Notes under the pieces: generated by a model
Told to the model about the DNA's origin: nothing
The model's database searches: none
The model's input: only the letters and a program-made list of their open reading frames with translations
Shown here: one piece after another, positions 12,201 through 21,650 of the stretch
Layout of the letters: each line of letters begins with the position of its first letter
Position numbering within the stretch: position 1 is the first letter of the stretch
Position numbers and translations under genes: made by a program
Origin: a virus
Lineage: Duplodnaviria; Caudoviricetes
IMG/VR virus record: IMGVR_UViG_3300047561_001492
Span: 6,103-70,102 of that record
DNA: 64,000 bases
Direction: 5' to 3' (one strand)

Positions 12201-15200
12201 ATAGCATATTCTTCTTCTAAGTTACCGACTCTAGCTGCTTTTGATAATCTTTCTCTATCCATATCAGATAATTCTGATAAGGCTTTTGCATACATATCAC
12301 GCGCCTTAGAAATATCTTCTTGCGAGGCGTCATTAGCCATTAATGACGATAATTCAGAAGAAGAAGATAGTAGTCTTTGTCCAGTATCTCCAAATTTTGT
12401 AAGATCTTGACCAGCTTTTTGTGCTGCGCGTGCGAGTTCTGGTATACTACCAGTTAGTTCATCAACAAGAGCTGGTATACCTAATATAGCACCAGTAGCA
12501 GCACCAATTCCAGCCCCAAGAGCCCCAGGCGCTATCATTGCCCCAGTTGCAGCAAAACTACCGACTTGACCAATAAAACTTGCTGCAGCGCCTGTTTTTC
12601 TCGCCCCAGGGGTTTCTTGCCCAGCAATATTTTTAATTGTTTCAGCTAAAATTGGAGCGGCAGCAGATAATGCAAAAGTATTACTTTTTAAGAATAAATT
12701 GCTTTTTTGTCCAAAGCCTAGTTTAGCATCTTTTTCTGGAGCGGCAGCTAAACGTTTTCCGAATTGCTCTTTAATTGCTTGTTGAATTTCTTTACTAGTC
12801 GCTCCGGACATTTTACCAAGACTTTTTTGTAAAGCAATTTCTTGTGCTAATCGTCTTCTTTGAGAATTCGCAGCATCTTTAGTAGTTTGTGTTAAGTCTC
12901 GTAAAGATTTTTGAAATTCATCTTTATTAAAAGCAAAAGAAAATGCAAGTCCGGATAATTCAGCAGTAAGAGCTGTAATTGCAGTTCCAGTATCTGCTGC
13001 TTGTATATCTGGATCCGTTATCGCAAAGTTAGGAATAAAACCTGTTGCCTTACCACGATTTTTAATTGCACTATTTCTTGCCGCACTTGTTGGTTCATCA
13101 ATTTTATTAAATACTCCCAGACCTAATGGGTTATAACCTGTGGCTGCAAGGCGTGCATGTTGTGCAATATAAATTTTACTTTTAGGAATTCCAGCGCCTT
13201 GTTCACGAGATATAGCGTCTTGTAAGGCGGAAAAATTTGGAATAAATCCCTGAGCGGCTAATTTAACCCCTCCACGAGAAGAATCGTATGGAATTCCAAT
13301 AACCGAAGCCATTTTTTTAATAAAACTTACCGTTGAGTCTGGTGATCCATCTGGAGGCCTGAATTTCAAATCTGCCGCAGCAAAACTTGAAAGATTCGGG
13401 GCATTAAAAATATCCTGCAATTTTGTACCATTTGGACCACTTAATTCATCTTTAAAAAATTCAAATCTTTGATTACCAGCCTCTTGTTTTACCGATTTAC
13501 TCAAAGCCCTATTTACTACTGCTTCGAATAAACGCCCATATACTTGAGAAAAAGCCGATTTATCTAAAAATTCATTAAATTGTCCGATTGGAAGCAATTT
13601 AGAACTAGTTGGAAGAACTTGTTTAGCTAAATCTTCAATTATCGGAGTAAGTCTATTATTAATGTCATCTTCAAATGTAAATGGATTTTTTGTACCGAGA
13701 CTCGTGAAACTATATGGAACCGGCTTACCATCTTTTGTTAGTTGAACTTTACCAGCAGTCTTTTTTTCCGAGCCTTGTGCTGCATATATATAGGCAAATT
13801 TTCCCTCGCCTTGCAAAGCGCGACCCGTTGTTTTAACGCCTTGCCTTGCAGCTGCTAGTTGCCGAATATCTCCTTTAATTTCATCATCAGATCTTTGACC
13901 ACCTTTTTTATTAACAATCTTTACTAACTCATTAAATGCTGGAGATCCCGTTTTGCCAACTTTAAGCTGTAGACTTTTAGCATATTCAACATATGGCCCA
14001 ACATTTGGCGTAGCTGCAAAATTTGGAATAATTCCTCTTGGAATAATTCCTTTTGCAGCATAATGTGGAATAACCATCGAATCTCCATTACTACCAACTC
14101 CTGGATATTCGGTTTCTTGGTCGTTCATTACGAATTTACGCCCACCGATTGTTCCTTGCGACATATGCGGACGAACACTAGGTGTTGCCCCCAAAGCCAT
14201 TGCCTGTGCTTTTTCTATAGCCCCCTCTTTTACAAAATTTGGTATAAAACCAGCGGCTTTTCCTGTACCTATTTTTTTGGCGATTGGTACATTTGGAACG
14301 CCACCTTTAACACTAATGCCTGCCTGTGCAATAAATGCTTTTGAAATTTGTTCGGCTACAGTAGCTTGTTTTTGTAATTCGATTGTTTGTTTTTGTAGGC
14401 TACCTAATAAACTATTTGCAGCATTATTTAAACCTTCTTCACCTTGTAAAGCTAATTGCAAAAGGGCTGGATTTTTTGCTAAAATTTGATTTATACTTTG
14501 CTGTAAATCTTTTTGCTCAATTGCTGCGGAATTTAAACCAAGAAGTTGTTGTACACTACCAACCGCAAATTTACTTAAATCTTTAAATAGCTTAAGCAAA
14601 ACACCACCGATTAATGCCAACCCAGGACCAGAAATAAATTGCCCTATACCATCTAAAATACCGCGACCCAAAACAGTACCGAGATTTTGGCCTTCACTTT
14701 CATTCATGCCCCCTAATAATTGATTTGTACCACCAACTAAACGATTTGCTGAAGGGCCTAACAACCTTTCTCCAGCAGAAGCCGCTAATTGTCGAGCATT
14801 TTCTTGTAAAGAATTCAGTTGTGCTGCATAAGTTTTATTTAATTCTTCATTACGACGAATAGCTTGATCTGTTGATCCGGAAGATACATTTAATGCACTA
14901 CTATATACAGAATATTCCTTTCCTAAATCAGCAAGAGCAGCTTTTAAAATATTAATTTGAAAGACGCCGCCTACCTGCTCTGCTACATATGATTGTTGTT
15001 GTGATCCAAGTTTATCATATACAGAACCTAAATCTTGTAATAATTGAATTGTAGATTTTAACTGTCCCGAACCATTAGTTGTTGTAATCCCTAAACTTTC
15101 TAACAAATCAATAACTTTTCCACGTTGTAAGCGGGTAAAAATAGTTTTAAAAGAGTTACCAATAACAGCGCCACCACGAGCGGTAGTTTGTTGTGCTGAT

Positions 15201-15886
15201 GTAACTATAGCAATAAGTTCATCTAAATTTACTCCTGATTGTGCTGCGCTACTACCAACACGACTAATAGCATCAGCAAGATCACCAGAGCTTACGGCAA
15301 ACGCAGCATCAACATTTGCAAATTTATTAACAATTTCGCTTGCTGTTACGGCTTGGCTAGCAAATGAGTTTATGGCAGCAGTAAGGGTTTCAACACTTTT
15401 AGCGGTATCTAACCCACTTAAACGTGAAAGAATAAGGGCATCACTTGTACGTTTTAAAGTTTCTTCTATCCCAAGACCCTGACGAGAAAATTCTGTCGCC
15501 GCAGTCGCAACAGCTTGAAAACTTTGTCCAGTATCTTTTGCAATACTAAATAATCCACTACCAAATTTTTGAAGCTCCTGTGTGGAAGCATTTAAAATAA
15601 CATTAATATCTGCTAAAGATTTTTGAACCTCAATTGTAGATTGTACTAGCGCGCTAAAAGCTTTTTCTACCCCAAATATAATTCCCGCACTAGCTCCGAA
15701 AGCAATAACGCGAGCATTAGAAGCATCTAATGATTTATTAAATTCATTTACTTGTCCAGTAATACGGCCAAGAGGTTGATCTCCTTTTGATTTTAAATTT
15801 ACCGTATAGACTTTATTTACAGTTTGCTGGATATCTCTATCCAGACGCCTTGTATTACCACCAATGTCTAATGTAATAGCCGCCAT
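9269..15886 (-). CDS. Tail tape measure protein (2205 aa)
   Basis: TP901-type core ('SLADINVILNASTQELQKF...ATAATEFSRQG...VSSGDLADAISRVGSSAAQSGVNLDELIAIV...GAVIGNSFKTIF'); long Ala/Gln/Leu helical tracts; hydrophobic Gly/Ala segments; follows tube and chaperone genes. Confidence 0.92.
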   Translation of the reverse strand: MAAITLDIGGNTRRLDRDIQQTVNKVYTVNLKSKGDQPLGRITGQVNEFNKSLDASNARVIAFGASAGIIFGVEKAFSALVQSTIEVQKSLADINVILNASTQELQKFGSGLFSIAKDTGQSFQAVATAATEFSRQGLGIEETLKRTSDALILSRLSGLDTAKSVETLTAAINSFASQAVTASEIVNKFANVDAAFAVSSGDLADAISRVGSSAAQSGVNLDELIAIVTSAQQTTARGGAVIGNSFKTIFTRLQRGKVIDLLESLGITTTNGSGQLKSTIQLLQDLGSVYDKLGSQQQSYVAEQVGGVFQINILKAALADLGKEYSVYSSALNVSSGSTDQAIRRNEELNKTYAAQLNSLQENARQLAASAGERLLGPSANRLVGGTNQLLGGMNESEGQNLGTVLGRGILDGIGQFISGPGLALIGGVLLKLFKDLSKFAVGSVQQLLGLNSAAIEQKDLQQSINQILAKNPALLQLALQGEEGLNNAANSLLGSLQKQTIELQKQATVAEQISKAFIAQAGISVKGGVPNVPIAKKIGTGKAAGFIPNFVKEGAIEKAQAMALGATPSVRPHMSQGTIGGRKFVMNDQETEYPGVGSNGDSMVIPHYAAKGIIPRGIIPNFAATPNVGPYVEYAKSLQLKVGKTGSPAFNELVKIVNKKGGQRSDDEIKGDIRQLAAARQGVKTTGRALQGEGKFAYIYAAQGSEKKTAGKVQLTKDGKPVPYSFTSLGTKNPFTFEDDINNRLTPIIEDLAKQVLPTSSKLLPIGQFNEFLDKSAFSQVYGRLFEAVVNRALSKSVKQEAGNQRFEFFKDELSGPNGTKLQDIFNAPNLSSFAAADLKFRPPDGSPDSTVSFIKKMASVIGIPYDSSRGGVKLAAQGFIPNFSALQDAISREQGAGIPKSKIYIAQHARLAATGYNPLGLGVFNKIDEPTSAARNSAIKNRGKATGFIPNFAITDPDIQAADTGTAITALTAELSGLAFSFAFNKDEFQKSLRDLTQTTKDAANSQRRRLAQEIALQKSLGKMSGATSKEIQQAIKEQFGKRLAAAPEKDAKLGFGQKSNLFLKSNTFALSAAAPILAETIKNIAGQETPGARKTGAAASFIGQVGSFAATGAMIAPGALGAGIGAATGAILGIPALVDELTGSIPELARAAQKAGQDLTKFGDTGQRLLSSSSELSSLMANDASQEDISKARDMYAKALSELSDMDRERLSKAARVGNLEEEYAIVLQEKIQQTGSAQRFVQLQALEEKKTFGVFPGGFNTNPNNRQGKADAELLRNSFTGLFKDLSTLPQELKNQIKAGKITEQEAVQQNFQRQKDVGLPQLQELAKKSDPFQSGGKGLSNSLLDLEGILKNIIPESETKAQDINQLLNLADDDLISFSNVLKELIRALNEGPEALKNALDAALLDATANEARNDVLKKSTDAVNATINSIQKNIAVQNLWRSAIDNLNEGALSFENNLKIADKFTNKQNLVESVVGTGSDFGRKLEIGGELATIAESQRSALAGSAIELKNSVRSALEDVSQENQNKIIEKLRNSLASPSQKGADAIQSNTEQKTSEILQEEQKLSQTIASIESLVSDVTSGLDSGEFLKGIGSSIASFGLGSNSEITNKIELALAKFNTDQLDQAQKAYQQRRSLAKEATQKILMQKLNQTIGAFGGADEFLQPTQGGLIAPIQSTIETIKPLIKERLSAEKGTVQGRPKNDSTIDLGRESLRLITQLKTLSGGAYKVNPQGEAFNRAVTGRTSDITTQLSSIDKLIKQQERVGRGGDLTRIELQAFKDSIDSLGGAKNISELQVSAATGSLSEKRFNEIVGRYKNPALQQLQKIDPAFADIISQTADLSTNDPSIQSLTTLNTTQAQALIELQKVNANLIEKGQKPLELKGGAGVIESGIKTAVASSLGASSNTQEATTQLSPQKSISQIEAETVKARDQKQFEQWSQAGGLGLGPTESNFFYNSDEKYANTPGAYNPYKLASQTDMADPVFMATTAGSNTGMGLNSFDRIQSEKEGIFNLLNPKYSDIKGEEMGVSMGTALQRYVTNNPFSPITYDNAAARAGESTRTKQTPANIYNNETGGPKAPTVTSPQQVANDREKITSATQNNTAVNEGLVAATKALQAAAEKLSSTVEEKNNNNTNNAQNNSTTSNSTTTQPADTNIGPFNTVVNGTVGSDFDSKVNVAIDKLRSEIYTKLNIKMPPTTS

Positions 15887-15927
15887 AATAATTCCTTAGT
15901 CCTTTATGTATATTAATTACACATAAT

Positions 15928-16944
15928 TTAATTATTTTCGCGTGCATTTAAATAATCATTTTTTTCTAAAATACCACCTTTTTCTTTCGCTAATTCTAGT
16001 AGGCTTTTACCTCCGAATTTCTCGACTTTAATACCCATTTTTTTTAAATCTTCACTTGTAGCGCCTACTGGATTTGATACAGCATTTTTACTATTAGATT
16101 TTGAAGAACTTTTAACAGTTTTAGAATCCTCTGATTGATAATTATCAACATATTCTACAAATTTTGCTGGAGAAGATAGTACTTCCTCTGGTATAGACTT
16201 TCCCATTTCAGCCTGATTTTTTATAAAATATTTATACATTTTGCCATATAGTAATAAATCAATTTGATACTTACTACACTTATATGTTGGCTCTCCCCAA
16301 AAACTAAAAGCATCTTCATTTAAATAGACAAGATTTTGAAAAAATCCTGATCCAGCTGCTGTTTTAATATTTAGTTGTGACAAATATGATGAATAATTTG
16401 AATATATATTTTTTAATTCATTTATATCTGAATCACTATTATAATAGTCATCAATATTTTCAAATAATTTAAATTTAAAATTTTCATCTTTATATGTAAA
16501 AGATATTAATAACTGATCTGATAATTTATTATTTGCAAATTCTTCTAATGTAAAACCTATAATTTCTTTACGTTCTTTTTGATATGTGAATAAAATAGAT
16601 TGATTTCTTTTTATTTGTTTATCTATGCCCTCTTTTTGGGAGTGGTATAATAGTTTTTCTTTTGTTTTAAATAAATTTTGTATTGTTTTTTTTAAAATAG
16701 AAATAGTTTCTTCTTTATCATTAGACCACCAATTATTATCAATCGCTTCTTTTAATTTAGTTTCTTCTAAATATAACCCTCTTTTTTTGCCTTCTCGTAA
16801 GAAAATATCATAATTTGAATAATTATTAAAATGTTCTGCTAGCGTGGCATGTTTAAAATAAACTGGTATTTTATCTAAAAAATTTAAAGTAAATTTATTA
16901 CATATTTCACTATAAACTCTACCATAGTCGTAACTATTATCCAC
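15928..16944 (-). CDS. Tail assembly chaperone, downstream (T-like) ORF (338 aa, GTG start)
   Basis: Directly upstream of tape measure; in the +1 frame of the CCC-TAA end of 16949..17719. Confidence 0.55.
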   Translation of the reverse strand: MDNSYDYGRVYSEICNKFTLNFLDKIPVYFKHATLAEHFNNYSNYDIFLREGKKRGLYLEETKLKEAIDNNWWSNDKEETISILKKTIQNLFKTKEKLLYHSQKEGIDKQIKRNQSILFTYQKERKEIIGFTLEEFANNKLSDQLLISFTYKDENFKFKLFENIDDYYNSDSDINELKNIYSNYSSYLSQLNIKTAAGSGFFQNLVYLNEDAFSFWGEPTYKCSKYQIDLLLYGKMYKYFIKNQAEMGKSIPEEVLSSPAKFVEYVDNYQSEDSKTVKSSSKSNSKNAVSNPVGATSEDLKKMGIKVEKFGGKSLLELAKEKGGILEKNDYLNARENN

Positions 16945-16948
16945 ATTC

Positions 16949-17719
16949 TTAGGGTTTAATTTCTTCTATCAAGGAAGACTCTTCAGATATAATTTTAGTC
17001 TCCTCTACATCTATTTTATTTTCTTTTAAGAAATTTTTATCAAACATTTCAAAATCTTCTTTTGTATCGATTCTTCCTAAAAACCAAAGTGTAATCAAAT
17101 ATGTTACACGCCTAATTACTCCTAATAAAAATTCATATTTATTTTCATTATCTTCAAAAGAATCATATTGAATTAACTTTTCTTCAAAAGTACTTCCTTC
17201 AAAAAGTGTTTGGTAATCATCTTCATTTTTTTTATACGCAAGATTCATTACCCACCATAAAATAGTTCTATTACGAGCTTTTGCTTCAGCTGTATTTTCA
17301 AAAATAGCAATTTGAGAAGACTCGAAATTTTGAATTTCTCTACGAATATCATCCAAGTCATTAATTAAATCATTTGAACGGGTTTTTTCGGCTACTGTTC
17401 TTTCCCCCTCACCTTTAATTAGAATTGATTGTAATTCGAAAGAAAGATCTCTAAACTTTAAAAGTAAACTACCATACTGCTCACGTTCTTGATCACTAAT
17501 ACTTCCACCACCATTTGAAAGAATAGTCCCCCATGCAGCTTTAGGTAATACACCAGCTTTTGCAAAACGCGAGGTTTCAGTGGCATAAAAAAGCTCGCCA
17601 TCTTCACGTAAACGTCGATTTGGTTTTAGTAATGCAAATTTTTTGATTACAGTTTCCTGACTGCCATCATCTTTTTTAATAACATTCTTTGCGTCAAATT
17701 CATATAGCCATTTATTCAT
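16949..17719 (-). CDS. Tail assembly chaperone, upstream (G-like) ORF (256 aa)
   Basis: Between tail tube and tape measure; helical and acidic; ends CCC-TAA. Confidence 0.6.
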   Translation of the reverse strand: MNKWLYEFDAKNVIKKDDGSQETVIKKFALLKPNRRLREDGELFYATETSRFAKAGVLPKAAWGTILSNGGGSISDQEREQYGSLLLKFRDLSFELQSILIKGEGERTVAEKTRSNDLINDLDDIRREIQNFESSQIAIFENTAEAKARNRTILWWVMNLAYKKNEDDYQTLFEGSTFEEKLIQYDSFEDNENKYEFLLGVIRRVTYLITLWFLGRIDTKEDFEMFDKNFLKENKIDVEETKIISEESSLIEEIKP

Positions 17720-17728
17720 ATATTTATA

Positions 17729-17953
17729 TTATTTATTTTTTAATTTAAAATCAAAATTATTTAGTTCTTCTTCGATGTTCCTAGAACAATTGTTCCCATA
17801 GTCAAGAACACGTTTTCTTAATCTTTGAAAATCTTCTTCACTAATTTTATCTTGACCTTTAAGGTCTTCAAGAATATATAAAAAACTTAAATATAGTTTT
17901 TTTATATCTCTAAATAAAAATCCTTTAATAAAATCATTTAAATTAATATTCAT
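17729..17953 (-). CDS. Hypothetical protein (74 aa)
   Basis: ORF track; preceded by GTGTAA box at 17982-17987. Confidence 0.6.
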   Translation of the reverse strand: MNINLNDFIKGFLFRDIKKLYLSFLYILEDLKGQDKISEEDFQRLRKRVLDYGNNCSRNIEEELNNFDFKLKNK

Positions 17954-17992
17954 CCTTTATAAACCTTTTGCCTAAATTAGATTACACGTAAC

Positions 17993-18025
17993 AAAAAAAA
18001 TGGGCACCATAGGTGCCCATTTTTC
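17993..18025 (-). terminator. Intrinsic terminator downstream of tail tube gene (possibly bidirectional)
   Basis: ATGGGCACC-ATA-GGTGCCCAT 9-bp stem with A8 on the left and a T tract on the right. Confidence 0.8.
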
Positions 18026-18041
18026 TATATTATTAGTTTTT

Positions 18042-19193
18042 TTAATAAACAGTACTTAGACTTGTATTAGTGTATGTACCAGATATAAATATACCACGAT
18101 CAGTTTGTTGTGGAGAACCTAACTGTACTTCATATTTTAGATTCGTACTTGCATTATCTCCGATTGAAGAGCTGAAACTTTGAGAAACTAATTTAGCATT
18201 TTTAAATTGATAAATTAAAGAACTCATTTTGCTAGTTCCGCATCCAGGTCTTTTCATGTCAATCTGGAAGTCTTGATTTGGATCATTACATAATAGTTCT
18301 GATAGGCTTCCAGTTTTTAGTTCACCAACATTTGCATTTATTTCCAAACTAGCTGTAACTGGAAAATCAATTTCACGAGAAAATGCAAAACGATTTCCGA
18401 GTTTTTGAAGTGGGGTACGTGAAAGATCAAAAGATAAAGTAAAATCTTGGATTTTTAACTCATTATCATCAAAACCAAAGGCTCCAGAGTTAGAATTACT
18501 ACCACGGATCATTTTTAAAGTAATATCGCCTGGTTGTAGAGCTGTTGGAATAGCGATTCCTGTAATTGATTTAGCTTGTGGCAAGTTAAACGCTGCTGTA
18601 CTTGCAGTGCCATCAATAGCATTCACAGATGGGTTCGCCTGTTTATTATCAACTCCAGTATAAATTCTAATATTTAAAGCTTCAATTTGTACATCAGCAG
18701 ATGGTATTTCACCTACAGCGCCCTTAACACTATATGATGTAATAAATCCATTGCCAATACCAATAACACCAGTATTTGCATTAGTATAACCCGCAGCATC
18801 ATTACCCTCGTCTGCAATTAAAAGATAATAATTTTTTTCATCAGTAGTTTTATTTAAAAGACCAGAAATGCATGAACTGAGTTGACTGTCCCCACTCGCA
18901 GCAACTGTAAATCCAAGCAATTTTTCATTACGTCCATCGTTAACATAATATGAGAAACTAGAGGTAACATCTGGTGCTTGGACTTCAATACGATCAATAG
19001 CTGATAAATTACCATACTGGTTAATATCCGTAAAATTACGAGTAAAATCTTCATCAAAACTTTGTACTCTTGATAATTGTAAAATATCGCCAGCACCAGT
19101 TTGAACTCCAGTTACAGTTATTGCTCCAGCAATGCCAGTGAGTTGGCTTGCGTATAAAGCTAATACATTATAAATTGTTCTATTTCTTGCCAT
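18042..19193 (-). CDS. Major tail tube protein (383 aa)
   Basis: Starts 'MARNRTIYNVLALY'; beta-rich; upstream of chaperones and tape measure; followed by a terminator. Confidence 0.75.
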   Translation of the reverse strand: MARNRTIYNVLALYASQLTGIAGAITVTGVQTGAGDILQLSRVQSFDEDFTRNFTDINQYGNLSAIDRIEVQAPDVTSSFSYYVNDGRNEKLLGFTVAASGDSQLSSCISGLLNKTTDEKNYYLLIADEGNDAAGYTNANTGVIGIGNGFITSYSVKGAVGEIPSADVQIEALNIRIYTGVDNKQANPSVNAIDGTASTAAFNLPQAKSITGIAIPTALQPGDITLKMIRGSNSNSGAFGFDDNELKIQDFTLSFDLSRTPLQKLGNRFAFSREIDFPVTASLEINANVGELKTGSLSELLCNDPNQDFQIDMKRPGCGTSKMSSLIYQFKNAKLVSQSFSSSIGDNASTNLKYEVQLGSPQQTDRGIFISGTYTNTSLSTVY

Positions 19194-19234
19194 AATTATA
19201 ATTACATTAAATATTTATATGAGACACTCTTTAT

Positions 19235-20089
19235 TTAATAGTTTCTTGGTTTTCTTATACTTTTTAATTCAAAATCTACAATAGCAGCCATACATTTTTT
19301 ATTCACAAATAAATTTGTAAATTCATCAAATTTTGATACGCTAACCCTATCAATATATACTAAATTATTAAGATTTTGTGAACATAAATCTGTATAATTA
19401 AAACTCGTCCCTAGTTTTAAGTCTCCTAAATAATTAAAAGGTAACATATCAGATTCGAAAACTGGAAAAACTTTTCTAGCACTATCTGCAAGAATAGAAG
19501 TAACACTATCTAATGAAAAAATATCTTTAGCTAAGACGGTACATGTAATTAAATTTTCAGTAGTATCCAACCCACCAAAAGCAAAAGGTTTATTTTCATT
19601 TGATTTTAATTTAAAAAATATACATGGATAAGGTAAATCTATAGAATTTAAAGTGCCAGTTACTGTAGTTACTCTAGGAGTAATTGTATTTGACTTTTCA
19701 AATAATAATTTTTCTTCACGCTCATCTGTATAGTAGATATTAAATTCTTTAAGACTATACCTTGCAGTTAAATTATTGTTTTGAACAACATTATTATTAA
19801 AAATGACACGCCCATAATTATAATGAATAGCTAATCCACTTTGTCCTCGGGGAATAAAAGTATTATTAGAATAAACTCCACTAGGTATTATGGCACCATT
19901 TATGCTCGAATCGTAAACCCACTGTTTGAATGGTGACCCATAAATAGAAGTATTATTATTAAAATTTGGATCAGTAGTCGCATATAATTTTCCAGTATAA
20001 TTAATAAATGCTTCACCTCTTGATAAGACCTCATGATCTAACCACAGAAAAAAACTTGAAGTTAAATTATTAAGATATGAAGCTTTCAT
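19235..20089 (-). CDS. Tail completion/terminator-like protein (284 aa)
   Basis: Position between neck genes and tube; 4-nt overlap with the upstream gene. Confidence 0.5.
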   Translation of the reverse strand: MKASYLNNLTSSFFLWLDHEVLSRGEAFINYTGKLYATTDPNFNNNTSIYGSPFKQWVYDSSINGAIIPSGVYSNNTFIPRGQSGLAIHYNYGRVIFNNNVVQNNNLTARYSLKEFNIYYTDEREEKLLFEKSNTITPRVTTVTGTLNSIDLPYPCIFFKLKSNENKPFAFGGLDTTENLITCTVLAKDIFSLDSVTSILADSARKVFPVFESDMLPFNYLGDLKLGTSFNYTDLCSQNLNNLVYIDRVSVSKFDEFTNLFVNKKCMAAIVDFELKSIRKPRNY

Positions 20090-20667
20090 TTATTTATTTT
20101 TAATTTATTTTGAAATCTATTGTATATAGATGTAAAATATTTTGTAGGTCTATAGATTCTACCACTATAATTTTTACGAGTTTGTATGCCAGTACCTGAA
20201 CGAGATTCTTCAAATTTTCCATACAAATAAGCGCCAAGCCCAGAAATACCCTGTTCTATTCCGAATAACCAACTACGACCACTTTCCCAAGGCATTTTGG
20301 TTGCACTGATTAACTCATCTTTTGATGGTACGTTAATACGAAAAACAAATCCATTATTTTGTCGCCCCACCCTTTTTTGTACAGATATCTTTCTTAGTAA
20401 TTCTTTGACTTTTTCGGTAGGATAATCTCCGATTCTAAACCCTATAAATGAAAAAAGATTTCCATATCCACCCAGCGTTCCAGAAGAGTTGTCAGAATTT
20501 TCTCCAGCTTCTAATTCTTGCGTAATTGGATGCGTAGAAAATTCTTGTATTAACTGCTGCTTTTCTTTTTCAAAATTCTCTTTAACTATTTGCATAGCAA
20601 CATTTTTAACAGCATTACTATTATATACAATATTTAGAAGTTCTTTTTTATTTATTTGTCCAGCCAT
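20086..20667 (-). CDS. Neck/tail-completion protein (193 aa)
   Basis: Synteny; basic C-terminus. Confidence 0.5.
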   Translation of the reverse strand: MAGQINKKELLNIVYNSNAVKNVAMQIVKENFEKEKQQLIQEFSTHPITQELEAGENSDNSSGTLGGYGNLFSFIGFRIGDYPTEKVKELLRKISVQKRVGRQNNGFVFRINVPSKDELISATKMPWESGRSWLFGIEQGISGLGAYLYGKFEESRSGTGIQTRKNYSGRIYRPTKYFTSIYNRFQNKLKINK

Positions 20668-20669
20668 AT

Positions 20670-21104
20670 TTACTCGCTTTCTTCAAAATACATGGTATAA
20701 AAATTTACATCAAATAACCCATGCGGTTGAGTGGATCCAAAAAATTGAACATATTTTCCATCTATTTCTATACGTTCGGAACCATCCAAAAAATCTACAG
20801 CATCTTTTTTAACTTTTAATCTACATACATTTCCATGAATTTCTTCTTTAATTTCTTTATAACCTTGTAATGCTTGTGGATCAAGCCATTTAATTCTGGC
20901 ATCAAATACTCCACTTATAGGCGTATATTGGACTTTTAATCCGTCTTGATTATTACCATATAAAAAATTATAATTTAAGTCTGTAGATATAACAGTTCTA
21001 ATTGGTGTTTTAAATACAATAATTTTTCTAGAAAATGTATCATGTATATCATTAAATACATTTCCATAAGCTAATTTTTGTTCGTCTGTTATAAGCGATG
21101 CCAT
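20670..21104 (-). CDS. Head closure/head-tail joining protein (144 aa)
   Basis: Size, beta-rich sequence and position after the adaptor. Confidence 0.5.
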   Translation of the reverse strand: MASLITDEQKLAYGNVFNDIHDTFSRKIIVFKTPIRTVISTDLNYNFLYGNNQDGLKVQYTPISGVFDARIKWLDPQALQGYKEIKEEIHGNVCRLKVKKDAVDFLDGSERIEIDGKYVQFFGSTQPHGLFDVNFYTMYFEESE

Positions 21105-21105
21105 A

Positions 21106-21630
21106 TTAATAAGTTATCCGCGCGTATTCTTGAATAATATAATTACTAACGCCTTGAGTGTCATCTCCAGCAACTTGATCTGGTACCGCGTTGTATTTAA
21201 GATAAAGTTTAACAGCTTTATCTAAGTCTTCTTTTGCGTCACGAGCTAAAGATCTAAAATTTTTAGAAATTTCATTCTTATTTACTCTTGAAATAGAACT
21301 ATCGCCTTCACGTAAATTTATCCAGTCACCACCCACACTTGCTGCACTTTTCGCATTAACTCTGGCTTCATTTTTATAGTACTCATAGTCAAATAGCATT
21401 TTATAGATTGCTAGCTGGTCATTAGACGGACTAGGATCTAATAAGTACCCAAAGGTACCACAATTGGCATCAACTTTTTTATTAGTAAAAACAGTGCCAA
21501 TTAAATTATTTAATTTTCCTATATTTGCGTCATCTAAAAACCATGCCGCTAATCTAGAAATAGAATAATTTTCGGGTTGACCTAAATCATTATGTACACT
21601 ATAAATGAATTTTGTAAAATATTCGTCCAC
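21106..21630 (-). CDS. Head-tail adaptor-like protein (174 aa, GTG start)
   Basis: Helical body then 'INLREGDSSISR' typical of adaptors; synteny; GTGTAA box at 21639-21644. Confidence 0.5.
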   Translation of the reverse strand: MDEYFTKFIYSVHNDLGQPENYSISRLAAWFLDDANIGKLNNLIGTVFTNKKVDANCGTFGYLLDPSPSNDQLAIYKMLFDYEYYKNEARVNAKSAASVGGDWINLREGDSSISRVNKNEISKNFRSLARDAKEDLDKAVKLYLKYNAVPDQVAGDDTQGVSNYIIQEYARITY

Positions 21631-21650
21631 ATACTATTTTACACAAAAAA

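Noticed and set aside
16945-16975. Lambda-type -1 slippery frameshift between the chaperones
   Set aside because: The downstream ORF is in the +1 frame, so a -1 shift cannot reach it.
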